Part shown: piece after piece, positions 1 through 9,687 of the stretch
Layout: each line of letters begins with the position of its first letter
Position numbering within the stretch: the stretch's first letter is position 1
Source of the DNA: an uncultured delta proteobacterium
GTDB taxonomy: Bacteria; Desulfobacterota; BSN033; UBA1163
DNA: 64,000 nt
Assembly (NCBI GenBank): GCA_963708295.1
Contig: CAVPSJ010000005.1
Coordinates: 64,001 to 128,000, forward strand
Reading direction: 5' to 3'
Made by a program: the position numbers and the translations under genes
The notes under the pieces: generated by a model
What the model was told of the DNA's origin: nothing
Databases searched by the model: none
Seen by the model: the letters and a program-made list of their open reading frames with translations, nothing else

Positions 1-347
1 GTCACCCTCCCTTGAATCAAGCCGATCTTAATCTTGAGTAAAGGCTGCGTTTTGATGAATTCGGACAAAATCTTTACGAGGAGGACCGGGTCTCCGAAGG
101 AGATCGCCATCGCGGTGGGACCTTCGAAATAATGATCCAATTTTTCCAAATCCGTTCCTTTCGAAGCCAGCCTCATCAACGTATTCTTGATCACGTGATA
201 GGAAATCTTTTCCTGTCTCAATCTTTGTCTCAGATGACCCAACTGTTCTACATTGAGACCTCGGTAATTGGTCAGGACAACCGCCTGAAACCCCTTCATC
301 CGCTCACCGAGATCTGATATCAGCTGTGCTTTCTCTTTCCGATTCAA
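1..347 (-). CDS. rplJ: 50S ribosomal protein L10 (3' part runs off the window)
   Basis: Manual translation from TTG at 347: MNRKEKAQLISDLGERMKGFQAVVLTNYRGLNVEQLGHLRQRL...VIKNTLMRLA...FEGPTAMA. This is a typical L10 and lies directly downstream of rplA. Not on the ORF track. Confidence 0.93.
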   Translation of the reverse strand, partial: MNRKEKAQLISDLGERMKGFQAVVLTNYRGLNVEQLGHLRQRLRQEKISYHVIKNTLMRLASKGTDLEKLDHYFEGPTAMAISFGDPVLLVKILSEFIKTQPLLKIKIGLIQGRV

Positions 348-387
348 TGATCTTTCCCTCCCCTGATGACGGAGCCCGCTCGCTTTC

Positions 388-1095
388 CTAGGACTTCAAA
401 ACACTTCTGACATCCTGCGGGTCGATCTTAATTCCAGGCCCCATGGTGGTGGATAAAGCGATGCTCCGCATATAAATCCCCTTGCTGGTCGGGGGCTTTA
501 CACGAAGGATGACTTCCAGGAGCGTCCGGGTATTCTCTAATAATGGGCCGAAACCAAAAGACACCTTTCCAACCGGGACATGGACAATCCCCGCCTTCTC
601 TACCTTAAACTCCACCTTGCCTGCTTTGATCTCTCGAATGGCCTTTTCCAAGTCGAAAGTCACCGTTCCTACTTTGGGGTTAGGCATCAATCCGCGAGGC
701 CCTAAAATCTTCCCTAGCTTACTGACCAAACCCATCATGTCCGGTGTGGCGATCGCTTTGTCAAATTCCAGCCATCCTTTTGAAATCTTCTCGATGAGGT
801 CTTCTCCTCCCACAAAATCGGCAGCTGCATCGAGTGCCTCTTTCTCCTTCTGGCCCTTCGCGAAAACCAATACCCGGACTTTCTTGCCGGTGCCATGAGG
901 GAGGACAACGGTCCCTCGGACCATTTGATCTGGTTTCTTTGGATCGACCCCGAGACGAATCGCCAGGTCCACTCCTTCGTCAAACTTAGCGCATGCCGTT
1001 TCCACGAGAAGTTTCACTCCCGCCTCCAGATCATACCGCTTGCTTCGATCCACCTTGCCTCTTGCCTCTAAGTATTTTTTTCCTCTCGTTGCCAT
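388..1095 (-). CDS. rplA: 50S ribosomal protein L1
   Basis: Motifs [29 protein letters not shown] and STTMGPG; operon position. Confidence 0.98.
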   Translation of the reverse strand: MATRGKKYLEARGKVDRSKRYDLEAGVKLLVETACAKFDEGVDLAIRLGVDPKKPDQMVRGTVVLPHGTGKKVRVLVFAKGQKEKEALDAAADFVGGEDLIEKISKGWLEFDKAIATPDMMGLVSKLGKILGPRGLMPNPKVGTVTFDLEKAIREIKAGKVEFKVEKAGIVHVPVGKVSFGFGPLLENTRTLLEVILRVKPPTSKGIYMRSIALSTTMGPGIKIDPQDVRSVLKS

Positions 1096-1104
1096 AGTCT
1101 TCTC

Positions 1105-1527
1105 TTATACAATCTCCAGACCCATGCTGCGCGCTGTCCCCTCCACCGTCCGGATCGCACCGTCCATGTCTACGGCGTTGAGGTCTTTAAACTTAATCTG
1201 GGCGATCTCCCGAACCTGATCTTTGGTGACCTTGCCCACTTTGTTGCGATTGGGTTCCCCCGAACCTTTCACGATCTTCGCGGCCTTCTTTAAAAGGATC
1301 GAGGCCGGCGGGGTTTTGGTCACGAAATTAAAGGACCGGTCCGAATAGATCGTAATCACGACCGGGATGATCATGCCTTCCTGTCCCTGGGTCCGAGCAT
1401 TAAAGGCTTTACAAAATTCCATGATATTGACACCATGCTGGCCCAACGCCGGCCCCACCGGGGGGGAAGGATTCGCCTGTCCTGCCTGAATTTGAAGCTT
1501 TACCAGTGCTGCTATTTTCTTTGCCAT
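1105..1527 (-). CDS. rplK: 50S ribosomal protein L11
   Basis: Motifs [27 protein letters not shown] and GTARSMG. Confidence 0.98.
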   Translation of the reverse strand: MAKKIAALVKLQIQAGQANPSPPVGPALGQHGVNIMEFCKAFNARTQGQEGMIIPVVITIYSDRSFNFVTKTPPASILLKKAAKIVKGSGEPNRNKVGKVTKDQVREIAQIKFKDLNAVDMDGAIRTVEGTARSMGLEIV

Positions 1528-1550
1528 CGTTTACTCCCCACTAACTGCAA

Positions 1551-1690
1551 AAATCCGAAACTCGAATATCGAAATCCGAAACAAATTCAAAATTCAAATT
1601 TTCAAAATAGCAGCGTTCATCTTGCCGGTGTGAATCTTGTACTTCGATCTTCGCATTTGTTTCGAGCTTCGGATTTCGTGCTTCGAATTT
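1551..1690. repeat. Heptamer-periodic imperfect inverted repeat between nusG and rplK
   Basis: The left arm AAATCCG AAACTCG AATATCG AAATCCG AAACAAA aligns with the reverse complement of 1641-1690 (AAATTCG AAGCACG AAATCCG AAGCTCG AAACAAA). Confidence 0.85.
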
Positions 1691-2219
1691 AATTTTTTTC
1701 GACTTGGATAAAATCCAGTTCCACCGGAGTCGCTCTTCCAAAGATAGAGACCAAAACCTTCAATTTTCTCTTTTCGGGTCTGACCTCTTCAATGGTCCCG
1801 ATAAAGTTGACAAACGGACCGTCGATGACTCGAACGCTGTCTCCCGTACCGAAAGAAATCTTAGGTTTTGCCTTGGATACGCCGTCTTTCATCTGGGACA
1901 GAATGTCTTCGACCTCCCCCTCCGCGATGGGGATCGGTTTCGTCCCATCGCCCGCAAAACCCGTAATCTTAGGGGTATCCTTCACAATATGCCAGGTCTC
2001 TTCGTTCAACTCCATTTTCACCAGGATATACCCGGGAAAGATTTTCCTTTGAGAGGTTTTTCTTTTCCCCTTAACCAGCTCGACCACGGTCTCCGTGGGA
2101 ACTAAGATGGTCGAAAAGAATTCTCCTTTTCCGAGATTCTTAATTCGCTCTTCTAAATTCTGCTTGGCCCTGTTTTCGAAACCGGAATAAGTGTGGACGA
2201 CATACCATTGTTGCGCCAT
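1689..2219 (-). CDS. nusG: Transcription termination/antitermination factor NusG
   Basis: Motifs [23 protein letters not shown] motif VRVIDGPF and [11 protein letters not shown]. Start placed at the ATG of MAQQW. Confidence 0.97.
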   Translation of the reverse strand: MAQQWYVVHTYSGFENRAKQNLEERIKNLGKGEFFSTILVPTETVVELVKGKRKTSQRKIFPGYILVKMELNEETWHIVKDTPKITGFAGDGTKPIPIAEGEVEDILSQMKDGVSKAKPKISFGTGDSVRVIDGPFVNFIGTIEEVRPEKRKLKVLVSIFGRATPVELDFIQVEKN

Positions 2220-2262
2220 AATGTTTACCGTATGCACGGGGAGAACATCTTTTCCACCCCTT

Positions 2263-2481
2263 TTAGCTTGCCGCTTTCCTCAATAGCTCCTTGATAAGAT
2301 TAGACAGCGCCGCATCCACAATCCCCAGAAAGATGGCAATGACAAAGACGGCGACGAGCACGACAACCGTGCCGGAAAGGGTATCTTTCCTCGAAGGCCA
2401 GGTCACCTTCTTAAGCTCGGTCTTAGCCTCTCTTAAGAATTGTTTGGCTGTCTCGAATTTCTCTTTAATCGAAAATTCCAT
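2263..2481 (-). CDS. secE: Preprotein translocase subunit SecE
   Basis: ELKKVTWP motif followed by one TM helix; located between tRNA-Trp and nusG. Start trimmed to the ATG at 2481. Confidence 0.95.
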   Translation of the reverse strand: MEFSIKEKFETAKQFLREAKTELKKVTWPSRKDTLSGTVVVLVAVFVIAIFLGIVDAALSNLIKELLRKAAS

Positions 2482-2582
2482 TTTATTATCCCGAGGCACC
2501 GGGCGGCCATGCCCCCTAAGAAACTCACCGCTTGCCACGGTCCCCGTGAGACCCATGGCAGGCCGTGCCCCTGACGGGTACA

Positions 2583-2659
2583 TGGCAGGCCAGGAGGGAT
2601 TTGAACCCCCATCACCCGGATTTGGAGTCCGGTGCTCTATCCGTTAGAGCTACTGGCCT
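2583..2659 (-). tRNA. tRNA-Trp (CCA)
   Basis: Cloverleaf AGGCCAG...CTGGCCT-G-CCA; anticodon arm CCGGA-CTCCAAA-TCCGG; T-loop GGTTCAAATCC. Confidence 0.96.
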
Positions 2660-2707
2660 GTATCCGGTGAGTGGAGAGTGCCACTTTCCACCTACCACTT
2701 TCTACAA

Positions 2708-2857
2708 TTACTTCGTCTCTTTATGAGCCGTATGCTTACGACAGAATCGACAATATTTTTTGAATTCCAGCTTATCCGGAGTGGTTCGTTTATTCTTCGT
2801 CGTAGAATAGTTCCTCCGTTTACACTCCGTACAGGACAAAGTCAAAATATTCCTCAT
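2708..2857 (-). CDS. rpmG: 50S ribosomal protein L33 (Zn-binding form with CxxC pairs)
   Basis: Manual translation [49 protein letters not shown] (49 aa, below the ORF track cut-off). Confidence 0.96.
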   Translation of the reverse strand: MRNILTLSCTECKRRNYSTTKNKRTTPDKLEFKKYCRFCRKHTAHKETK

Positions 2858-2948
2858 TGAATACTCCTAATGCTGAATCCCACCACAGCGACACTTCCCA
2901 GAATTGATAGGCTCAACTTTCAAAATCTCCCGCTCAAGCCGCATTAAG

Positions 2949-4148
2949 CTATTCAAGGACATCGCTGATGACGCCTGCACCAACCGTACGGCCTCCCTCC
3001 CGAATCGCAAACCGCAACTCCTTTTCCATCGCGATCGGCGTGATCAACTCAATCGTCAACGAAACATTGTCCCCGGGCATCACCATCTCCACCCCCTCCG
3101 GCAATGCCGCCACTCCCGTCACATCCGTCGTCCGAAAGTAAAACTGAGGCCGATACCCGTTGAAAAACGGCGTATGCCGACCCCCTTCCTCCTTCGTCAA
3201 GATATACGCCTCCGCCTTAAACTTCCGATGGGGCGTGATCGACCCAGGCTTGGCCACCACCTGTCCCCGCTCCACTTCCTCTCGCTTCGTCCCTCGCAAC
3301 AACACCCCAATGTTATCCCCAGCCTGCCCCTGATCCAGCGTCTTCCGAAACATCTCCACTCCCGTACACACCGTCTTCACCGTCGGCCGAATCCCCACCA
3401 CCTCCACCTCATCTCCCACCTTGACCACCCCTCGCTCCGCTCGCCCCGTCACCACCGTCCCTCGCCCCGAAATCGTAAACACATCCTCCACCGGCAACAA
3501 AAACGGCTTGTCTATCTCCCGAACCGGCTCCGGAATAAACGTGTCCACCGCATCCATCAGCTTCCATATCCCGCTGCACCACTGACAGTCCGGCTTCCCA
3601 CACCCACACTCCAACGCCTTCAGCGCACTGCCCCGAATCACCGGAGAACTCTCCCCAGGAAAATCATACCCCGATAACAACTCCCTCACCTCCAACTCCA
3701 CCAAATCCAATAACTCCGGATCCTCCACCATGTCCACCTTGTTCAAAAACACCACAATATACGGCACCCGAACCTGCTTCGCCAATAACACATGCTCTCG
3801 CGTCTGAGGCATCGGCCCGTCCGCCGCCGATACCACCAAAATCGTCCCGTCCATCTGCGCCGCACCCGTAATCATATTCTTGATATAGTCCGCATGCCCC
3901 GGACAATCAATGTGCGCATAATGACGCTTCGCCGTCTCATATTCCACATGCGCAATCGCGATCGTCAAACCCCGCTCCTTCTCCTCCGGCGCCTTGTCTA
4001 TCTGATCAAACGCCATGTAGGAGGCCCACTTCTTCGTCGCCAATACCTTCGTGATCGCTGAGGTCAACGTCGTCTTCCCATGATCCACATGACCAATCGT
4101 CCCGATGTTCACATGCGGCTTTGTCCTCTCATACTTCGGCTTCGACAT
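2949..4148 (-). CDS. tuf: Elongation factor Tu
   Basis: Motifs [21 protein letters not shown] and [13 protein letters not shown]. Confidence 0.99.
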   Translation of the reverse strand: MSKPKYERTKPHVNIGTIGHVDHGKTTLTSAITKVLATKKWASYMAFDQIDKAPEEKERGLTIAIAHVEYETAKRHYAHIDCPGHADYIKNMITGAAQMDGTILVVSAADGPMPQTREHVLLAKQVRVPYIVVFLNKVDMVEDPELLDLVELEVRELLSGYDFPGESSPVIRGSALKALECGCGKPDCQWCSGIWKLMDAVDTFIPEPVREIDKPFLLPVEDVFTISGRGTVVTGRAERGVVKVGDEVEVVGIRPTVKTVCTGVEMFRKTLDQGQAGDNIGVLLRGTKREEVERGQVVAKPGSITPHRKFKAEAYILTKEEGGRHTPFFNGYRPQFYFRTTDVTGVAALPEGVEMVMPGDNVSLTIELITPIAMEKELRFAIREGGRTVGAGVISDVLE

Positions 4149-4200
4149 GGCTCAAACCCTCCTTTAGCTTTCGGAAAAATCGCTCAACCCAGTCTTTTCA

Positions 4201-4276
4201 TGGAGCCCACGATCGGATTTGAACCGATGACCTCTTCCTTACCAAGGAAGTGCTCCACCGACTGAGCTACGTGGGC
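4201..4276 (-). tRNA. tRNA-Thr (GGT)
   Basis: GCCCACG...CGTGGGC-T-CCA; anticodon arm CTTCC-TTGGTAA-GGAAG. Confidence 0.96.
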
Positions 4277-4353
4277 CATAAATAAAGAAATACCCGTCAA
4301 CGGAAAGAGACAGGCTGGCCGAGTGATGAAAAGAAACTACCTCATTATCGTAA

Positions 4354-4429
4354 TGGAGCGGGAAACGGGGTTCGAACCCGCGACCCTCAGCTTGGAAGGC
4401 TGATGCTCTGCCAACTGAGCTATTCCCGC
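4354..4429 (-). tRNA. tRNA-Gly (TCC)
   Basis: GCGGGAA...TTCCCGC-T-CCA; anticodon arm TCAGC-CTTCCAA-GCTGA. Confidence 0.96.
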
Positions 4430-4653
4430 CTTTGAATAACAAACCACCTTCGTCAATGGATACCACTCGATCAAGGAGGTTCCTTTTCGTCTGATTTAAG
4501 TTAATTCGGGCTAAAACTCTCGCTGTTAAAGATCACACTTTCTGTCGGTCATGTTTGACGAAGGGAGACCGTGAATCTCGTTTACAGCGTTTCAGTGATT
4601 CAATTTGAGATTAATAATGGGTTGAATGGCTCAACGATCGCCGCTGGCAAGCC

Positions 4654-4738
4654 TGGTGGAGAGGGGAGGATTCGAACCTCCGAAGGCATCGCCAACAGAT
4701 TTACAGTCTGTCCCCTTTGGCCGCTCGGGAACCTCTCC
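4654..4738 (-). tRNA. tRNA-Tyr (GTA)
   Basis: GGAGAGG...CCTCTCC-A-CCA; anticodon arm ACAGA-CTGTAAA-TCTGT; long variable arm; 85 nt. Confidence 0.95.
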
Positions 4739-4844
4739 GACTCTAAATCTTCTTTTCTTGATTGAACATGTCCTCCTGGTATAAAAAAGACTGGGAAATC
4801 AATGAGTTACAATAGTGGAATAAGGATCATAAAGAACCGAACTT

Positions 4845-4877
4845 ATTATATTTAACAAAATAATCTCTTTTTGTCAA
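4845..4877 (-). promoter_or_regulatory. Probable sigma70 promoter for the tRNA-tuf operon
   Basis: Minus strand reads TTGACA-aaaagagattattttg-TTAAATATAAT in an AT-rich tract. The exact -10 register is ambiguous. Confidence 0.55.
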
Positions 4878-5123
4878 GAATTTTTTTTGAAAAAAAGAAA
4901 TAATTTCTTGCTCCTAGATCGTCTTACTAATATACTATATTTTGAGTTTTCTTACAATTCGAATCGAGGAGCCAAAGCCCGATTTCGGAAAATGTCTGCG
5001 TGTAAAACGAAGAGCCTTGCCTCCTCAAGATGGATTGCCGCGCGATTCTAAAGACGCACGCAATGACATCACGGAGGGGCTTCTTTTTCTGAAACTGGAT
5101 TTGAGCGGAGAGGAGGTATTCCC

Positions 5124-6959
5124 CTGGGAAAAATTAAAGTACTGTTTTTGCTCATTTCAGGCACTCTGTTCTTATCGTTTTTTTACGCAACTTCAACCGC
5201 GTCCCAGGATTCTCTCCACAAGAAGATCATCCTAAGAGGATATGATGGGAACCCCCTTACCCTTGAAAGTAAGATACCTTACAGCCCCAAAAAAACCTGT
5301 GGGAGCTGCCATGATTATGATCAAATCACGAACGGATACCACTTCCAGCAAGGTCGGACGGACGGAGCCGGCAAAATCGCCATCCGTGATGTATTCGACC
5401 CCAAGTATCCCTGGAACTTGTCTTCGGGAATGTATGGGAGGGTGATGGCCGCCTCCATGGACTTAAGCCAATTGGCCAAAAAAGCGAATGCCTCCCCCTC
5501 GGAAATCGACAAATCCTCTTTCGCGTTTGTCCAGGCTTGCGGAGCCTGCCACCCGGGAGGGGGATGGAGCGAATATGATCGCAAAGGTCACCTCTACTAT
5601 GACGAGGAGAGTAAGAGATTTGGCTACGAAGATTCAGGAGAAAACCCTCTGCTGGATGGGGACTATACTCCCTATCCTAATGGGAATACCGATGTCCGGG
5701 CTCCCTGGGATCAAAGTGGGGTCAGCGAGGCAGACTGCTTTTTCTGTCACTTAAAGGGGTACCTGTGGAAGGAGCGCGAGGCAGCCCTCCGGGGAAAGTT
5801 TTTCAAATATGGGCCTACCGTCGGAGCGGGATGGGCAGACATCAAACTGTCCCACGACGAATCAGGAAATTCGAAAGCGGATGAGATCACCGTGGATTAC
5901 GCCAGGAAAGAAGTGGCCGATTTTGAAAACCTCAACGTTCAGATTGCGAGAAGGCCCCCTGATGAAAACTGCTGGTCCTGTCATGCTGCTGCCGACGGAA
6001 AAAGGAGAGGTCGTCAGTGGAATTCAGAGACGGATGTTCATAACGCCAAAGGCCTCCAATGCCTCTCCTGCCATCCGGGCAACAAAAATCATAATTTTGC
6101 CAAAGGGGATACGATCCAGCAGACAGTACGAAGCGACTTGAACCATACCATGTATTCCTGCGAGGACTGTCATTACAAAGGCAAGGGCAAGAATGCCCCC
6201 AAATATAAACATCCCTTCTCCCCCCGACATCTGAAGAGAATTGCCTGCCAGACCTGCCATATCCCTTTTCAGACAACTTCAGCAGATCTCGTTTACGACT
6301 TTTCTTCAAACGGACGAACTCTCATCTATGAGACCTTTAAATTTCTATCGAGTGACCCTTTGGATCCGAAACAGGCTGTCCCCGGCAGGGCTCCGAGTAT
6401 CTGGTATCCTGCCTTGACAAAGTGGAAGGGCAGAATCGTTCCCGTCAAGGGACTGGTGGTTCTCTACTGGGGGGATTTGGATCCAAAAACCAATGTGGTC
6501 AAGCCCATCTCCCTCTGGAAGATACAGGGACTAAAAGAGCTTCCTCCCCTGAGTGACGACAACGGAGACGGGGTGCCTGAAGTGAATTCTCTGGGTGAGA
6601 TCAAGGCCTTCTTGAAGGCATTGCAGGAGAAGGATAAGTTTGAAAATCCTGTGGCCCATCATCCCGTCCTGATGAAGGGAGGGTTTCTTTATCAGCTGGA
6701 TAAGAAAGGAGAGGTGGAAAAGCTGAAACACGCGCAGGCGGAAGTCCTCGATTTTTCCCTCAGCCATAATGTCGCTTCAGGACCGGAGGTCCTAGGCTCC
6801 CGGGGCTGCAAAGAATGCCACTCTAAGAAATCTTCGTTCTTCCTAAGAAAAGTCCTGGTGGATCCTTGGGACGAGAAAGGGAAACCCGTTTATGTTGAAA
6901 ACTGGGAACGTCTCGGGATCGACCAGGAAAAATTAGACCAGCTTTTAATGGATCAATAA
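5124..6959 (+). CDS. Periplasmic octaheme c-type cytochrome
   Basis: Eight CxxCH motifs: CGSCH, CGACH, CFFCH, CWSCH, CLSCH, CEDCH, CQTCH, CKECH. N-terminal signal peptide. The start may be an in-frame CTG at 5124 after GGAGGT; the track start is TTG at 5148. Confidence 0.88.
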   Translation: MGKIKVLFLLISGTLFLSFFYATSTASQDSLHKKIILRGYDGNPLTLESKIPYSPKKTCGSCHDYDQITNGYHFQQGRTDGAGKIAIRDVFDPKYPWNLSSGMYGRVMAASMDLSQLAKKANASPSEIDKSSFAFVQACGACHPGGGWSEYDRKGHLYYDEESKRFGYEDSGENPLLDGDYTPYPNGNTDVRAPWDQSGVSEADCFFCHLKGYLWKEREAALRGKFFKYGPTVGAGWADIKLSHDESGNSKADEITVDYARKEVADFENLNVQIARRPPDENCWSCHAAADGKRRGRQWNSETDVHNAKGLQCLSCHPGNKNHNFAKGDTIQQTVRSDLNHTMYSCEDCHYKGKGKNAPKYKHPFSPRHLKRIACQTCHIPFQTTSADLVYDFSSNGRTLIYETFKFLSSDPLDPKQAVPGRAPSIWYPALTKWKGRIVPVKGLVVLYWGDLDPKTNVVKPISLWKIQGLKELPPLSDDNGDGVPEVNSLGEIKAFLKALQEKDKFENPVAHHPVLMKGGFLYQLDKKGEVEKLKHAQAEVLDFSLSHNVASGPEVLGSRGCKECHSKKSSFFLRKVLVDPWDEKGKPVYVENWERLGIDQEKLDQLLMDQ

Positions 6960-7039
6960 TTTCTTCGCCAAAAGATTTCATCGGGGATGCTTCCGGAAAT
7001 CGTCCCATCCATCCGTTTATTTCGAATCAACCCATTCGA

Positions 7040-7225
7040 ACCTAGAACCCGTTCTGTGGCAAGCCGGAACAGGCGAGCAGGTGAAGAAGCTTTAGGGCGG
7101 AAACCTCCTAACGATTAGCTACAAAGCCGCAACCCGAGAAGAGGGTGCATTCGCGAGAAGATCGATTGCCCATAACGCTAAGAGACCGAATCCTAAAGCT
7201 GAGGAACCTGAGTGTCTGTTCCGGC
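7040..7225 (+). repeat. Degenerate copy of the dispersed MITE-like element (internal motifs only)
   Basis: Shares GGTGAAGAAGCTTTAGGGCGGAAACCT and CCGAATCCTAAAGCTGAGGAACCTGA-like blocks with the copies at 42526 and 57639. Ends are not recognisable. Confidence 0.6.
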
Positions 7226-7279
7226 GGTGCTCCATGCGAAGGGCAGGTTTGTGGATGCCGTCCAAACCGGAATAGAAAG

Positions 7280-8630
7280 TCATTTTTCCGGGAGGGTTCT
7301 TTGAAGCGCATCGGAATGATGCCGAAGGATCATCCCCGCCCGGCTGCGCCAAAACTGGTAGTTATGTCCGGACTTCCCGTTGAAAGGCTGCACCGGAATC
7401 TGGCGGCTCCCTCCTCCCAGCAATTTCTCAAAACGTTTGTTTCCTTCTGTAATCCCGTCAATTCCTTCCTTCGCCCCATAATCATAATAGAGCCCGCCGG
7501 GCAGTTGCCTTATTCCCTTTTTTTGGGCCAGGGTTAAGGGATTGTTGGCCTGGATATGGTTCAAGTCGAGAGAAGAGCCCGAAGGAAATCGATGGGGGTC
7601 AAGGCGTCCGAACACCTCCAAGAATTCAGGCATCACCATCTTCATCATCCACTTGTCCCGAAGAGACTCGATGTCGAGAAGACCGCTCTGGCTGCTGATC
7701 GACTGGAACAGATGGGAGTGCTTCAGCCCAAGTTTCATTGCCCCGAATCCTCCCATCGAAAAACCACCGAGGCCCCTTCGCCGAAGAAGCCTTTCTTTGT
7801 ACTGAGATTGAGACTCAAGATGTTGAACAAGCTCGAGAAAATAGGATTCATGTTTTCCCATGGCCCCCGGCTTCATATAGAAGAAAGGGAGGAGGGAATA
7901 GTTCATGGCTTCTCCCGGATAGAAATCGTCACAGGCCTTTTGATTCTTTGTTTCGGGGAAGAGCCTCCTCCCCTCATTCTCATCGGTATAGAAACCATTG
8001 TCCCCATCCGGAAGAACGATGACCATTTTCTGGAGGGGATGAAAGGGATTGTTTGGACTTTCCCGAGAGTGAAGATTATGGGAAACGATCGATTGCGCAA
8101 TCTCCCTCGGGAGATAATCTCCCTTGGCAAGCCCCCCGTATCTTGAGAGCTCTTCAAACCGTTGCTCCAATGATCTCTCTAAGTCTCGATAAGTCTTATT
8201 CTTTGAATCCATCATGGCATAGGCAATGACAGCGATATCCTCGTGAAGAAGCCAATGATATTCTTCTTCCTTCACCTCGCAAAGGAGCCTCCTTGCTTTT
8301 TCAGGAGAGGTGCGTCTTCCACCACATGCCCGTTCGATGGAAGTTATACCCGTGCAAAAGAAAAAGGACCGGATACCTGGCCGTGGGGCTTTGATAAAAA
8401 TCTTCTGGCAGGATGACGAAAAACCCTTTTTCCTTATTCAAAAGGTTTGAAAAAAAGACCTCATATCGGACCAGATACCGATACGTTTGGGATGGTTTGG
8501 AGAAAAGGAAATAGGAAAGCCCCGGGTCTTCAGAGCAGCAAGGGACTTGAGCGGCGGAGGTTTCTAGCGACCCCGCGAGGATCAATAGTATAAGGAGGAA
8601 AATTATCCAAGACCGTTTTTGGTTCTTCAT
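7280..8630 (-). CDS. Putative exported esterase (alpha/beta hydrolase), split by one frameshift near 8300
   Basis: The 5' ORF has a signal/TM segment and YPVLFLLHG. The 3' ORF has VLPDG, the nucleophile elbow GFSMGG and GHNYQFW. Joined span is 1351 nt, consistent with a net single-base frameshift. Confidence 0.75.
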
Positions 8631-8940
8631 CTCAATAAGGGTTAATATAACTTCAAAAAAATACCACGACAATAATCATTAAAGAAGGCTTAAAACGGTT
8701 TGCTTCGACAGATCCAAAGCGGTCATTGCGAGGACCCTGCACTTGATGCGGGGGGCGTGGCAATCTCAAGAGATTGCTTCGCTTCCCCCTCCCTCCTCTC
8801 TTTCTTTCTGAAAGAGTGATTGCTCAAGGTCGTGCATCCATACAACCTTTCATCCCGTAATTGATAATTCTTGTTGAAGTTCTTATTCAAAATTAGTAAA
8901 CTAATCGCAAAATTCCATTGAGCACAATAGATCAGCGAAA

Positions 8941-9351
8941 ATGAATGTAAGTGCGAGAGATAAGGCTTTGTCTATTTTTACACTACTCTTTTTGATTTTG
9001 TCAGTGTCCTCGTGCAAAGATCCTAAGTTCGAACTTCCTGGCACATACGTTGCTGATTACGATGTTGCAAGGGAGAAGCTCGTGCTTAATAAAGACGGAA
9101 CGTATATTCAAGAGGTCACACTTAAGTCAAATTTCAAAGTGGATATATCAAGAGGTAGGTGGAGTTATGATAAAGAAACACAGTACGTTAGCTTTAAAGA
9201 TAATTTCATGTATGTAATCAACGGCCACGGGAAACTGAATCCCGATTATGCTCATCCGAAGAATGGAGCCGCTTCAGTTCCATGTGGGTTGTATTTTGGT
9301 CGCATGAGAACAGGAAGCTCCGTACGTGTAGTGTACAAAAAGATTGACTGA
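8941..9351 (+). CDS. Hypothetical lipoprotein, AT-rich
   Basis: Hydrophobic signal ending in VSS-C lipobox; lower GC than neighbours; followed by an ACTGAAAT...ATTTCAGT inverted repeat. Confidence 0.7.
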   Translation: MNVSARDKALSIFTLLFLILSVSSCKDPKFELPGTYVADYDVAREKLVLNKDGTYIQEVTLKSNFKVDISRGRWSYDKETQYVSFKDNFMYVINGHGKLNPDYAHPKNGAASVPCGLYFGRMRTGSSVRVVYKKID

Positions 9352-9687
9352 AATTTCATTTATTGATTTCAGTAAAGGATCTCGATTCGCGTTCAATGGT
9401 GCTGTAGTAGCACGTGCAAGAAGTTCAAACGGTCAATTACTCTGATTTCAAATGGCTCTAACCTTCGATAATCATGAATATGGCGTTCCCTTATCAAAGA
9501 CTAGGTAGGCGAAAGCCATTTTCAAGAGTTAGCCTGAAAGTGTCTACCAATTCAAGCCCGACCTCAAGTAATACCATCGCAAAATCCCAATAAAATTATT
9601 TGATCATGATCAATAATTGGTTTAAATTAGTACACACACGAAATCAATCCTGTTATTTGACAGAGTGAGGGGTAAAGAGAGGGGTCT

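Noticed and set aside
1541-1741. 66-aa ORF overlapping the nusG end; likewise 56515-56778 and 39217-39526
   Set aside because: These are translations of heptamer or REP-like repeats.
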